A stretch of 64,000 nt of DNA from contig CAWGVS010000010.1 in assembly GCA_963826115.1 (NCBI GenBank), forward strand, positions 160,001-224,000, read 5' to 3'. How positions within the stretch are numbered: the first letter of the stretch is position 1; every line of letters begins with the position of its first letter. The translations under genes were made by a program, and so were the position numbers. Shown here piece by piece: positions 38,327 to 48,219 of this stretch. The DNA comes from an uncultured Candidatus Rokubacteria bacterium. GTDB lineage: Bacteria > Methylomirabilota > Methylomirabilia > Rokubacteriales > DASRDR01. Below the pieces are notes generated by a model. That model made no database searches. It was not told where the DNA came from and saw only the letters and a program-made list of their open reading frames with translations.

Positions 38327-38366
38327 CGACCGCCCGTGCGGGACCGAGATGGGAGGTTGGACAGCC

Positions 38367-38825
38367 ATGCGATCACGCCAGGCGCGTATGCGTATGATGG
38401 TCCGGATGGTATTGCTGTGCGCGGCGGTATTCGTGGCCCGTGGCGCCGTGGCTGATCCGGCCACGGGGGCGCCGGACCGGGCCGTCGCCGGTTCCCCGGC
38501 GGAGTCGACGCCATCCGCGGCGCCCTCGCCGAGGATCGGCAGCGATCTCCGGACCGTGGCCCCGCCCCGCGGGGGGGCGCTCGAGCAGGAGCGCGATCCG
38601 GGGATGGGTCCCCGGGCCCACGAGCCGGTCTTCTTCGGACCGGCGTCGACGACGACCGAGCACACGCGCTTCGGTCTGAGCTCCTGGATCGCGCCCGGCG
38701 CGCCGTTCGACCACCGGGAGGATCCGGGCGGGGTCGCCGCCGGTTTCACGATCTCCTGGCCGGCGCCCAAACCGGAGGTGCCCTCCTCGGGGCCGAACCC
38801 GTGGCGAGGGTCGGCCGGGCGCTAG
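38367..38825 (+). CDS. Exported hypothetical protein
   Basis: RBS GGGAGG; signal peptide; EPVFFGP..RFGLSSWIAP..AGFTISW. Confidence 0.55.
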   Translation: MRSRQARMRMMVRMVLLCAAVFVARGAVADPATGAPDRAVAGSPAESTPSAAPSPRIGSDLRTVAPPRGGALEQERDPGMGPRAHEPVFFGPASTTTEHTRFGLSSWIAPGAPFDHREDPGGVAAGFTISWPAPKPEVPSSGPNPWRGSAGR

Positions 38826-39811
38826 CCGTCGCGGGTCTCGTGCTGACCCTCGCGCTGGGGAGCGCCGGCGGAGGGTCCGGCACGAGCCACGCGGTCGACT
38901 CTCCGTCCGACCGGTCGCTCCCCACGCTCCGCGTCGTCACGTTCAACCTCCTCCACGCCGGGATCTTCTCGGAGCTGACGGGCGACGACGAGGCGCTGGA
39001 GGAGCGGCTCCGCCTCGTCGTCGAGGGGCTCCGCGCTCTCGACGCCGACGTGGTCGGGCTCCAGGAGGCGTCGGTCGGCCGGCGTCGCGGCCACGTCGCC
39101 GCCCGTCTCGCGGACGCCCTCGGCTACCACTACGTGTTCGCGCCCGCCGCCACGCGGCCTCTCGGCAGCGAGTTCCTGCGTCGGGCCGTCCGGGTCGTCC
39201 TCGGCTTCGCCGAGGGTCCGGCGCTCCTGAGCCGGTTCCCGATCGTGCGCTGGCAGGCGTGGGAGCTGCCGGACTGCGGGCGGGCCTTCGACACGCGGGT
39301 CCTGCTCTTCGCGGAGCTCGAGACCCTGACTGGGCGCATCGCGGCCTACTCCGCGCACACCTCCGGGGACGCATGCCACGCGCAGGCAGTCGCCGATCTC
39401 GTGCGTGCGAGCGCGGGGCCGCTGCCCGCCGTGGTGATGGGAGACTTCAACGCGACCGCGACGTCGTCGGCGGTGAGACTGCTGACGGTCGACGCGGGCT
39501 TCGTCGACGCGTTCGCCGTCGCGCGGCCCGGGAGCGCGGGCTTCACCGACGGCCAGGACGTGCGGGCCTCGGTGGGGACGGCCCGCCAGCGGATCGACTA
39601 CGTCTTCCTGGTGCCGGGGCGCTCGGCGGCCGCGCGGATCGTCGAGAGCCACGTGGTCCTCGACCGGCCGGACGGCGCGGGCGCGGTCCGGTGGGCCTCG
39701 GATCACTACGGCGTGCTGGCCGAGATCACCCTCGGCGCCGCGGCGCCGTCACGCCTCGGGAGGGCCGGGGCCGCCCGCGACCTCGGCCTCGAGGGGAGCG
39801 TCGAGCGCTGA
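38801..39811 (+). CDS. Exported endonuclease/exonuclease/phosphatase family protein
   Basis: VVTFNL, DVVGLQE, LSRFPI, MGDFNA, RIDYVF, SDHYGV. Confidence 0.9.
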   Translation: MARVGRALAVAGLVLTLALGSAGGGSGTSHAVDSPSDRSLPTLRVVTFNLLHAGIFSELTGDDEALEERLRLVVEGLRALDADVVGLQEASVGRRRGHVAARLADALGYHYVFAPAATRPLGSEFLRRAVRVVLGFAEGPALLSRFPIVRWQAWELPDCGRAFDTRVLLFAELETLTGRIAAYSAHTSGDACHAQAVADLVRASAGPLPAVVMGDFNATATSSAVRLLTVDAGFVDAFAVARPGSAGFTDGQDVRASVGTARQRIDYVFLVPGRSAAARIVESHVVLDRPDGAGAVRWASDHYGVLAEITLGAAAPSRLGRAGAARDLGLEGSVER

Positions 39812-41125
39812 CGGCAGGCGGGCGGCAGGGGTGGGACCCGCCGTCACCGGGAGGGACTTGATCACCCGGGCGAGCGGCGGGCGGAGCCGCCGGGGCACGA
39901 CGCGGCCGAGCTCGATCTCGTCGGCCCCGGCGAAGCGGGCCAGCGAGCGGAGCGCGTCCGCGAGCCCGGCCAGCGCCGCGTCCTGCTCGATCGCGCCCCA
40001 CGAGGCCGCGGGCGGGATCCCGCCGGCGGCGAACCAGCGCTCGAAGTGCACCCCCCGCACTGCGAGGCGGCGCTCGGCGCGGTGGACCTTCGCGTCGACG
40101 CGGCCGATGAGCTGACCGTCGTGGAGGATGGGCAGGGTGTAGTACCCGTGGACCCGCTTCGGCCCCGGCGTGTAGACCTCGATCCGGTAGGAGAATCCGA
40201 GCAGGCGCTCCACGCGCTCGCGGTACCAGAGGAGCGAGTCGAAGGGCGCCAGGAGCGTCGTCCCCCGCGAGGCGATCCGCCGCCGCGCGGCGCGCTCGAG
40301 GGCTGGCAGGTCGCGCGCGAGCGCGAGCCAGCGGCTGCGTGCTCCCTTGACCTCGATCTCGACGACGTCGCCGGCGTCCAGGAGCCGCCGGACCGCGGCG
40401 CGCCGGACGCCCGGCCCCATGCGGGGGAACGTGAGATAGCGGGTGAGATCGGTGTCGGTGGCCCCGCCCATCGCGTGGAGCGACCGCTCGACGTGCCAGG
40501 CGCGGAACGCCTCGGTAGAGGCGGGCTCGATGCCTTCCCAGGCCGGGAGGATGCGCTCGATCAGGTCGTAGCGCTTCTGGAAGTGCGGGCGCGAGTGGAC
40601 GGCGAGCGCGCCGGTCATCCAGAGGTAGTGGAGCGCGTGCTGGGCCGGCTTCCAGCTCCACCAGCCGCCGCGCCCGCCCGGCCCCCGGTGCTCGAAGTCC
40701 GCGGTGCCGGCGGGCCCGTTGGTCCGGATGGCCTCGGTGACCGTCTCGAGCGTCTGCCGGTGCCGGCGGAGCCACGAGGACCAGCCCGTGTGCCGGAGCC
40801 GGTAGTCCAGCATCGCGCGGCGCCAGAGGGCGAGGTGCGAGGCGGGCACCAGGCACGCCGCGTGGGCCCAGTACTCGAAGAGCAGGCGGCGGCGGTAGAC
40901 GAGGCGGTCGAGCCGCGCGCGGTCGTAGGGGCCGAAGCGGCTCCAGAGCGTGAGGTAGTGCGCGCGGTCGAGGACGTTGATCGAGTCGAGCTGGAGGCCG
41001 CCCGCATCCTCGACGAACCCGACGAGCCGGCGGGGCGTGAGCCGCCGGGCGCGCGGCTCCCGGAGGTGCTGGCGCTCGAGGAAGAGGGCCGCGACGGCGC
41101 GGAGGGGGAGCCGCGGGCCGGACAC
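39749..41125 (-). CDS. ycaQ: YcaQ/AlkZ family interstrand-crosslink DNA glycosylase
   Basis: LQLDSINVLDRAH (QxD), FEYWAHAAC, LLAPFDSL.W.R.R, Y.IEVYTP..KR.HGYYTLPIL. Confidence 0.85.
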   Translation of the reverse strand: MSGPRLPLRAVAALFLERQHLREPRARRLTPRRLVGFVEDAGGLQLDSINVLDRAHYLTLWSRFGPYDRARLDRLVYRRRLLFEYWAHAACLVPASHLALWRRAMLDYRLRHTGWSSWLRRHRQTLETVTEAIRTNGPAGTADFEHRGPGGRGGWWSWKPAQHALHYLWMTGALAVHSRPHFQKRYDLIERILPAWEGIEPASTEAFRAWHVERSLHAMGGATDTDLTRYLTFPRMGPGVRRAAVRRLLDAGDVVEIEVKGARSRWLALARDLPALERAARRRIASRGTTLLAPFDSLLWYRERVERLLGFSYRIEVYTPGPKRVHGYYTLPILHDGQLIGRVDAKVHRAERRLAVRGVHFERWFAAGGIPPAASWGAIEQDAALAGLADALRSLARFAGADEIELGRVVPRRLRPPLARVIKSLPVTAGPTPAARLPSALDAPLEAEVAGGPGPPEA

Positions 41126-41138
41126 GCGGTGGGCGGTG

Positions 41139-42638
41139 TCAGGCGCCGAGGCGGACCCGCAGGACCGACACGGAGTGCGCGGGGAACTCGTGCTCGAGTC
41201 GATGCCCCGAGGCCGGCCGCCGCTGCTCCCTGACGCCGACCCGCTCGGGGTGCTCGAACGAGTTCGTCGCCTCCACGTCGGGCCCGTTGACCTCGGCGAC
41301 GTGGACCTCCTCGGCGAAGGTGGCGCCGCCCAGGTCGATCGTTGCCCGGTGGGCCCGGTCGCGGTCCCGGTTGACCACCCCGATCGTGAGCTCGCGGCCG
41401 GCGGCGTCGCACGTGGCCACGACGTCGAGCAGGGGGAAGGGGCCGAGATCGGCCACGTGGTGCACGCGGCCGAAGGTCCGCTCCTCGAGGCCGGCCGGGA
41501 GGTCGTGGGTCGGCGAGTCGACGTGGACGTCGAGGGCCACCTCCTGCATGTGCTCGGCGTAGAGGCGGAGCGGATGGTAGATCGTCTGGAGGAACAGCCC
41601 CTGGCGGCTGGTGAAGATCGGCGCGATGGCGTTCACGAGCTGGGCGAGGTTCGCCATCCGCACGACCCGGCAGTGGCGGATGAAGCCGTGGAGGTAGGTC
41701 GCGACCGCCAGCGCGTCGGAGAGGCTGTAGCGCTCCTCGATGCCGGTCCGCCGGTCCTGGTCGGTCCGCGTGCGGTACCACACGTTCCACTCGTCGAAGG
41801 CGATGTCGATCGGGTGCGCGAGCTGCTGCGTGTAGCGGGCTCGCTCGATCAGCGACGCGCAGATCCGGATGGCCCGCTCGGCCTGATGCGACTGGAAGAC
41901 GGTCGTGTAGTGGTCCGCCTGGCCCGTGTAGAGGTGGATGCTGTACCAGTCGATGATCGGGGCCAGCCCGTCGATCACGATCTGGTCCCAGTCGCTCCAC
42001 CCGTTGTGGCCGCAGCCGACGAGCTGGATGTCGGGATCGGTGCGCTTCATCACCAGCGCGAAGGCCCGCGCCTTCTTGACGTAGTCCTCGGGGCTGAGGT
42101 GCCCGATCTGCCAGCTCCCGTACATCTCGTTGCCGAGGCCCCAGTAGCGGACGCGGTAGGGCTCGGGATGGCCGTGGGCCCGCCGGAGGTTCGCCCAGTG
42201 GGTGTTGCCGGTGCCGTTGCAGTACTCCAGCCAGGCCTGGGCCTCGTCCATCGTGCCCGATCCCATGTTGACGCAGATGTAGGGCTCGGTCCCGAGGACC
42301 CGGCAGTACTCGAGGAACTCGTTCGTGCCGAAGCGGTTCGACTCCTCCGCGTACCACGCGAGCTCGCTTCGCCGCGGCCGGTCCGCCGCCGGCCCGACCC
42401 CGTCGAGCCAGTGGTACCCGCTCACGAAATTCCCGCCCGGCCAGCGGAGGACCGGGATCCGGAGCGGGCGGGCCGCCGCCAGCACGTCCTGCCGGAACCC
42501 GCGCGCGTCGCTGAGGGGCGAGCCTTCCTCGAAGATCCCGCCGTAGATGCAGCGGCCGAGATGTTCGATGAAGTTGCTGTAGATCCGCCGGTCCACGGTG
42601 CCGATCCGGCGGGCGAGGTCGATCGCGATCCGGGCCAT
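41139..42638 (-). CDS. abfA: Alpha-L-arabinofuranosidase, GH51
   Basis: FIEHLGRCIYGGI, RWPGGNFVSGY.W.DGVGP, WGLGNEM, FDEWNVW, LAQLVN. Confidence 0.92.
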   Translation of the reverse strand: MARIAIDLARRIGTVDRRIYSNFIEHLGRCIYGGIFEEGSPLSDARGFRQDVLAAARPLRIPVLRWPGGNFVSGYHWLDGVGPAADRPRRSELAWYAEESNRFGTNEFLEYCRVLGTEPYICVNMGSGTMDEAQAWLEYCNGTGNTHWANLRRAHGHPEPYRVRYWGLGNEMYGSWQIGHLSPEDYVKKARAFALVMKRTDPDIQLVGCGHNGWSDWDQIVIDGLAPIIDWYSIHLYTGQADHYTTVFQSHQAERAIRICASLIERARYTQQLAHPIDIAFDEWNVWYRTRTDQDRRTGIEERYSLSDALAVATYLHGFIRHCRVVRMANLAQLVNAIAPIFTSRQGLFLQTIYHPLRLYAEHMQEVALDVHVDSPTHDLPAGLEERTFGRVHHVADLGPFPLLDVVATCDAAGRELTIGVVNRDRDRAHRATIDLGGATFAEEVHVAEVNGPDVEATNSFEHPERVGVREQRRPASGHRLEHEFPAHSVSVLRVRLGA

Positions 42639-42675
42639 GGGGCTCCCTTCGGTGACGCGGATAGGCAACGCTCGC

Positions 42676-42704
42676 AGTCTAGGAGGCCCCTTCCCGAGTG
42701 TCAA
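42676..42704 (-). promoter_or_regulatory. Sigma-70-type promoter of the GH51 gene
   Basis: Minus strand TTGACA-N17-TAGACT. Confidence 0.7.
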
Positions 42705-42767
42705 CGAACCGCATCGCAGGCGCGTCGGATCGATTGAACGGGATCGGCCCAGGCCTCCCGGACGGCG

Positions 42768-42796
42768 TTGACGCCCGCGGGCGCGCTGACTATAGT
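42768..42796 (+). promoter_or_regulatory. Sigma-70-type promoter of the sugar ABC operon
   Basis: TTGACG-N17-TATAGT. Confidence 0.7.
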
Positions 42797-42871
42797 CGCC
42801 TCAGGTAGCCCACTCCACGGTGCTCGATCCCAGGCCTATTCGTCACGCGGATTCTTGAACAGGAGGGCGTC

Positions 42872-44155
42872 ATGGCCGACGTCAAGCGTGAAAAGCGTCC
42901 GACACTCAGCCGCCGCCGGTTCCTCGGAAGCGCGCTCGGCGCCGCGGCCGCGGCGCCTGCGTTCGTGCGGCGCGCCGGAGCCCAGGCGAAGCCGACCATC
43001 ACGTACTGGAACGGCCTCACCGGCGCCGACGGCAAGGTGATGGACGGGCTCATCGAGCAGTTCACGAACGAGACCGGCATCAAGATGGAGCAGCAGCGCA
43101 TCCTCTGGCCCGACCTCTACGCGAAGCTCCAGGTCTCGGTGCCGGCCGGCGAGGGTCCGGACCTCTGCCTGATCCACACTGTCGAGGTCCCGCACTTCGC
43201 GAGCGACGGCATCCTCGACCCGATGGACCCCGGCCAGCTGGCGGGGAAGGGCTTCAAGGAAGAGGACTACCTGGCGTCGCCGTGGCACGGGGGCGTCTTC
43301 CAGGGGAAGCGCTACACGGTGCCGCTCGACGTGCCGCAGCACCTGTTCTACATGAACATGAAGGTCATGAAGGACGCTGGCCTCGTCGGGGCGGACGGCA
43401 AGCCGAAGGTGCCCGCGAGCGGAGCCGAGCTGGTTGCCATGGCGAAGCAGATCACCAAGGGCGACGTCTTCGGCTTCGCGATCGGGACGCTCAACCTCGG
43501 CAAGTACACATGGGGCTTCCACCACATGCTCTGGCAGAACGGCGTGAACGTGTACACGCCGGACCTCAAGCGCTCCGCGCTCAACGAGCCGGCGGCGATC
43601 GAGGCCGCGGAGTTCTGGGGGTCGTTCTTCGCGCAGCACAAGGTGGCGCCGCCCGCGAACGCGAACGCGCGCGACGCGTTCATCGCCGGAAAGCTCGGCA
43701 TGTGGATGGCCGGATCGTGGAACGTCGCCGGCCTGCGCGAGGCCAAGGTGGACTTCCAGGTTGCGCCCATGCCGCGGCTCCTGAAGCAGCCCGTCGTCTG
43801 GACCATCCCGCACCAGTACTCGTTCCCGAAGCCCAGGGCCGCCGACCCCGCGAAACGCGATGCCTGCTGGGCGCACATGCGCTGGATGGCCGACCACGTG
43901 GCCGAGTGGACGCTCAAGGCCGGCCAGGTCTCGGCGTTCCGCAAGGCGCACGCCGACCCGCGGATCCAGGCGGACCCGGTGCTCCGCACGCTCCTCGCCC
44001 AGTCGGGGAGCTGGCAGGTCGGCCAGCAGACCTCGAAGTGGGTGGCCGCGGAGAACCTGACGCGTCCGGTGATCGAGAACGTGTACATCGGCCAGACCCC
44101 CGCGCGCGCCGCCATGGAGGACCTCGCGAAGCAGATCAACGCGATGCCCACGTAG
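42872..44155 (+). CDS. Carbohydrate ABC transporter substrate-binding protein, Tat-exported
   Basis: SRRRFL Tat signal; YWNGLTGADG, YTVPLD, AFIAGKLGM..GSW. Confidence 0.9.
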   Translation: MADVKREKRPTLSRRRFLGSALGAAAAAPAFVRRAGAQAKPTITYWNGLTGADGKVMDGLIEQFTNETGIKMEQQRILWPDLYAKLQVSVPAGEGPDLCLIHTVEVPHFASDGILDPMDPGQLAGKGFKEEDYLASPWHGGVFQGKRYTVPLDVPQHLFYMNMKVMKDAGLVGADGKPKVPASGAELVAMAKQITKGDVFGFAIGTLNLGKYTWGFHHMLWQNGVNVYTPDLKRSALNEPAAIEAAEFWGSFFAQHKVAPPANANARDAFIAGKLGMWMAGSWNVAGLREAKVDFQVAPMPRLLKQPVVWTIPHQYSFPKPRAADPAKRDACWAHMRWMADHVAEWTLKAGQVSAFRKAHADPRIQADPVLRTLLAQSGSWQVGQQTSKWVAAENLTRPVIENVYIGQTPARAAMEDLAKQINAMPT

Positions 44156-44246
44156 CGGCGCCCGTCGCTCCGATCGTGCGCGCGGTTGACGGCCGGCCCG
44201 CTCGGGTCCTGCGGGCCGGCCCCTCCGGGTTCGGAGGCTCTCCCCG

Positions 44247-45161
44247 GTGGCGGTGAGACCGGCCTCCGGTCGCGTCCGGCGCCAAGGCCATCTCCGCCAC
44301 GGGGCACTCACCCCCTACCTGTTCCTCCTGCCCGGGCTTCTCCTGTTCGGGGCGTTCCGGGCCTACCCGCTCCTCGACGGCCTGTGGCTCTCCTTCACGA
44401 ACGCGCGGCTGGGGCGCGCGGAGCACGTCTTCGTCGGCCTCGCCAACTACGCGAAGCTCCTGGAGGACGTCCGGTTCCAGGGGAGCCTCGTCAACACCGC
44501 CTTCTACTCCGTGGCGAGCACCGTGCCCATCCTCGCGGTGCCGCTGATCCTCGCCGTGCTCCTGGACCGCGGGATCCCGCTGCGCACGCTGCTCCGCAGC
44601 GCGTTCTTCTTCCCGTTCACCCTGTCCGTCGTCACGGTCGGGCTCACGTGGCTCTGGCTCCTGGATCCCGTGGTGGGGCCGTTCAACTACTACCTGAAGG
44701 CCGCCGGCGTGCCGGTGCGGGCGTGGCTCGCCGACCCGTCGACCGCGATGTGGGCGATCATCCTGACCACCGTGTGGTGGGTCACGGGGTACTACCTCGT
44801 GATCTACCTGGCGGGGCTCCAGGACATCCCGCCCGAGCTCTACGAAGCGGCGGCCATCGACGGGGCGAGCGGCTTGCGGCGGTTCTGGTCGATCACGCTC
44901 CCGCTTCTCCGCCCGGTGCTGCTGTTCGTCCTGGTCACGCACGTGATCGGATCGTTCCAGATCTTCGGCCAGGTCTACATACTCACCGAGGGCGGTCCGG
45001 GAGACGCCACCCGGACGGTGGTCCAGCACCTCTACGAGACCGCCTTCCGGAACTTCTTCCACTTCGGCTCGGCCAGCGCCATGGCCTGGGTGCTGTTCCT
45101 GATCATCCTCGGGTTCTCGCTGCTCCAGTTCCGCCTGCTCCGGGGGTACACGGAGTACTGA
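44247..45161 (+). CDS. Carbohydrate ABC permease (MalF/UgpA type)
   Basis: FVGLANY, YLAGLQDIPPELYEAAAIDGA (EAA motif), GGPG. Confidence 0.93.
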   Translation: MAVRPASGRVRRQGHLRHGALTPYLFLLPGLLLFGAFRAYPLLDGLWLSFTNARLGRAEHVFVGLANYAKLLEDVRFQGSLVNTAFYSVASTVPILAVPLILAVLLDRGIPLRTLLRSAFFFPFTLSVVTVGLTWLWLLDPVVGPFNYYLKAAGVPVRAWLADPSTAMWAIILTTVWWVTGYYLVIYLAGLQDIPPELYEAAAIDGASGLRRFWSITLPLLRPVLLFVLVTHVIGSFQIFGQVYILTEGGPGDATRTVVQHLYETAFRNFFHFGSASAMAWVLFLIILGFSLLQFRLLRGYTEY

Positions 45162-46045
45162 TGGGCCCCGCGATCACCGTCGCGGCTGCGGGCGGGCGCG
45201 CGGGCCGCGCGTCGACCCGGCGGCGCGTCCTGGCGGCGGTCATGGTCGCCGTCGCGATCCTCTGGCTCCTGCCCGCGGTCTGGGTGCTGGTGACGTCCCT
45301 CAAGCGCGCCGAGGACATCATCCGGATGCCGCCCGAGTGGATCCCGTGGCCGCCCACGCTGGCGCACTACGTCGAGGTGCTGTTCTCCTCGTCGCGAACC
45401 GCCCGGATCGGTCGCGCGTTCCTCAACAGCGTGGTCGTGTCGCTCGGCTCGGTCGTCGTGGTGGTGATCACCAGCGCCATGGCCGCCTATCCGCTCGCGC
45501 GCATGCAGTTCCGGGGCCGGAACGCGATCTTCGCGCTGCTGGTCGGGAGCCTCATGATCCCGAACGCCGTGATCCTGGTGCCCCAGTACGTGCTCACCCA
45601 GCGCCTCGGCTGGCTCTCGACGTACCAGGGCATGATCGTCCCCGAGGCGGCGATGACCTTCGCCTTCGGCGTCTTCCTGCTGCGGCAGTTCTTCCTGACG
45701 ATCCCGCATGAGCTCGAGGACGCCGCCCGGATCGACGGGGCCGGCACCTGGCGCGTGTTCACGCGCATCGTGCTGCCGCTGTCCCAGCCGGTTCTCGCCG
45801 CGCTCGCGATCTTCGCCTTCCGCTCGGCCTGGAACGACTTCCTGTGGCCCCTGATCGCCGTGAACAAGCCCGACATGTTCCCGCTGCCGGTGGCGCTCGC
45901 GCTGCTCCGCGGCGCCTACGCGTCGGAGTCGTACGGGCCCATCATGGCCGGGGCGACGCTCTCGGCCCTCCCGCTCCTCCTCGTCTTCGTGGTGGCCAAC
46001 CGGCGTATCGTGGAGGGCGTGCGCGTGAGCGGACTCAAGGGATGA
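45161..46045 (+). CDS. Carbohydrate ABC permease (MalG/UgpE type)
   Basis: FLLRQFFLTIPHELEDAARIDGA, WNDFLWPLI; TGATG coupling. Confidence 0.93.
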   Translation: MGPAITVAAAGGRAGRASTRRRVLAAVMVAVAILWLLPAVWVLVTSLKRAEDIIRMPPEWIPWPPTLAHYVEVLFSSSRTARIGRAFLNSVVVSLGSVVVVVITSAMAAYPLARMQFRGRNAIFALLVGSLMIPNAVILVPQYVLTQRLGWLSTYQGMIVPEAAMTFAFGVFLLRQFFLTIPHELEDAARIDGAGTWRVFTRIVLPLSQPVLAALAIFAFRSAWNDFLWPLIAVNKPDMFPLPVALALLRGAYASESYGPIMAGATLSALPLLLVFVVANRRIVEGVRVSGLKG

Positions 46046-46058
46046 GGAAAGGACCGCG

Positions 46059-47171
46059 ATGAGCAAGACGGTGTCGATCGACCGCCGGAAGCCGCTCGCC
46101 GAGGAGGCACGGACCGGCCACAACCGCTGGCATCCCGACATCGAGCCGATCGTGGAGGCGGACGAGGGCGAGGACGTGACCCTCGAGACCCGGGACGCCT
46201 GCGACGGCCACCTCACCCCGCGGTCAACCGTCGCGGATCTCGCGACGATCCCGGTCGGCGCCATCCATCCGCTGACTGGCCCCGTGGCCGTGAAGGGCGC
46301 GCGGCCGGGCGACCTGCTCGAGATCGAGTTCCGGGAGATCGTGCCCGAGACGTGGGCGTTCAGCGGCATCATCCCGGGCCTCGGCTACCTGCGCGACCTG
46401 ATGACCACGCCCTACCTCGTGCACTGGAACCTCGCGGACGGCTGGGCGACGTCGCCGCAGCTCCCGCGGGTCCGGATTCCGGGGGCGTCCTTCATGGGCG
46501 TGTCCGGCGTGGCGCCGTCGCGCGCCCAGGTCGAGGCGTGGACGCGCCGCGAGGCCGACGTCGCCGCGCGCGGCGGCCTGGCGCTGCCGCCGGACGCGGG
46601 CGGCGCGGTGCCGAGCCGCGGCGCGGCCGCGACGCACGGCCTCCGCACGCTGCCTCCGCGCGAGAACGGCGGCAACTTCGACGTGAAGCAGCTGACGCGC
46701 GGGTCGCGCCTCTACCTCCCCGTCAGCGTCGACGACGCGCTCTTCTCGACAGGCGACGGTCACTTCGCCCAGGGGGATGGCGAGGTCTGCGTGACCGCCG
46801 TCGAGATGGGGGCGACGTGCACCGTTCGCTTCCGCGTCCACCGGGGCGAGGCGGCCAGGCGCGGCATTCGCTGGCCGCGCTTTGCGCACCCCGACTACTT
46901 CACGGACCCTCGCTGGGCCGTGCCCCGGCGCTTCGTGGCCACGATGGGAATGCCGGTCGACGCCCAGGGGGTCAACCACGGCGAGGACCTGAACCTCGCG
47001 TGCCGGAACGCGCTCCTGGCGATGCTCGACCTTCTCGGGGAGCGCGGGTTCACCCGGGAGCAGGCCTACGTCATCGCGAGCGTGGCGGTCGACCTCCGGA
47101 TCAGCAACGTCGTCGACGTCCCGAACGTCACGGTCTCGGCCCTCCTGCCGGAAGACATCTTCCAGGGCTGA
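46059..47171 (+). CDS. Acetamidase/formamidase family protein
   Basis: HNRWHPDI, HPLTGPV, PPRENGGNFD, GDGHFAQGDGEVCVTAVE, VVDVPN. Confidence 0.92.
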   Translation: MSKTVSIDRRKPLAEEARTGHNRWHPDIEPIVEADEGEDVTLETRDACDGHLTPRSTVADLATIPVGAIHPLTGPVAVKGARPGDLLEIEFREIVPETWAFSGIIPGLGYLRDLMTTPYLVHWNLADGWATSPQLPRVRIPGASFMGVSGVAPSRAQVEAWTRREADVAARGGLALPPDAGGAVPSRGAAATHGLRTLPPRENGGNFDVKQLTRGSRLYLPVSVDDALFSTGDGHFAQGDGEVCVTAVEMGATCTVRFRVHRGEAARRGIRWPRFAHPDYFTDPRWAVPRRFVATMGMPVDAQGVNHGEDLNLACRNALLAMLDLLGERGFTREQAYVIASVAVDLRISNVVDVPNVTVSALLPEDIFQG

Positions 47172-47229
47172 GGCCCGGCCCGGCTGGTGCCGAGCTGCGC
47201 CTCGAGGCAGGCCCGGCGCCGGGCGGCCG

Positions 47230-48012
47230 CTACCAGAGCGTGTAGCCGCCGTCGATGACGAGGACCGCGCCGGTCATGTAGCGGGAGGCGTCGCTCGCCA
47301 GGTACACGGCGAGCGGCGCGAGGTCCTCCGGCTCGCCGTACTCCCCCATCGGCACCTGCGCCTTGAACGTCTCGATGATGGCCGGGTTGACGCTCTTCCA
47401 GCGCAGGTTGGGGGCGGTCATGAACCCGCCCGGCGCGATGGCGTTCACGGTGATCCGGTGCGGCGCCCAGTCCGCCGCCACCGCCCGCGTGAAGGCGATC
47501 ACCGCCGCCTTCCCTGTCTCGTAGCTCCGGCCGCCGATGCCCCGGTTCGCGATGAGGCCGGAGACCGACGCGATGTTGATGATCCGACCTCCGCGGCCTC
47601 GGCCGATCATCGCCCCCCCGAGGATCTTGGTGCAGACGAAGGTGCTCGTGAGGTTCAGATCGATGAGAGTCCGCCAGGTCTCGACGGGCATGTCCTGGGT
47701 GGGGATGTCCACGCGCCGGCCGCCGACGTTGTTGATCAGGATGTCGACAGGCCCGTGCTCGGCGAGTGCCGTCCGGCACGCGCGCTCGGCCTCCGCCGGC
47801 AGGCCGACGTCGGCCTGGATCGTGAACGCCTCCCGGCCCCGCGTCCGGATCTCGGTGGCCGTGTGGTCGAGAGCCGCCTGCTCCCGGCCCACCAGGACGA
47901 GGTTCGCCCCCGCCTCCGCGAGGCCCAGCGCCATCTCGCGCCCGAGCCCCCGGCTCCCGCCGGTGACGAACGCCCGCTTGCCGTCCAGTCGGAATCGGTC
48001 GAGGACTCCCAT
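47230..48012 (-). CDS. Short-chain dehydrogenase/reductase (gluconate 5-DH/KduD-like)
   Basis: TGGSRGLG, LINNVG, YETGK (YxxxK), VNAIAPG, DGGYT. Confidence 0.92.
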   Translation of the reverse strand: MGVLDRFRLDGKRAFVTGGSRGLGREMALGLAEAGANLVLVGREQAALDHTATEIRTRGREAFTIQADVGLPAEAERACRTALAEHGPVDILINNVGGRRVDIPTQDMPVETWRTLIDLNLTSTFVCTKILGGAMIGRGRGGRIINIASVSGLIANRGIGGRSYETGKAAVIAFTRAVAADWAPHRITVNAIAPGGFMTAPNLRWKSVNPAIIETFKAQVPMGEYGEPEDLAPLAVYLASDASRYMTGAVLVIDGGYTLW

Positions 48013-48073
48013 GCCAGGCACCTTCCTTCCGGCCCGCGTCGCCGGCCTGTCGCCGCGACGATCCTGCTTCGAG

Positions 48074-48219
48074 CTATCTCGGCATCACGCGCATGTTCGC
48101 GACGCAAATCGCCTGGTCGGGCCCGGGAGAAACCCTTCACCCAGCCCTGCCGCGGTACGGGTCGGTCGTCCCGGCTGCAAAGGTAGACAGCAACGTTGCT
48201 GGCTCAGCGCGACCATCGC
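48074..48219 (-). pseudogene. Decayed duplicate of the last ~50 codons of the peptide-binding protein gene (50177-50323)
   Basis: With frameshifts it reads AMVALSQQ / VAVYLCSRDD / QGWVKGF / PGPDQAICVANMRVMPR*, versus the intact AMVALNKE / FAVYLYSLDD / QGWVQGF / PRPDQTIRVTNMGVTPK*. Confidence 0.85.
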
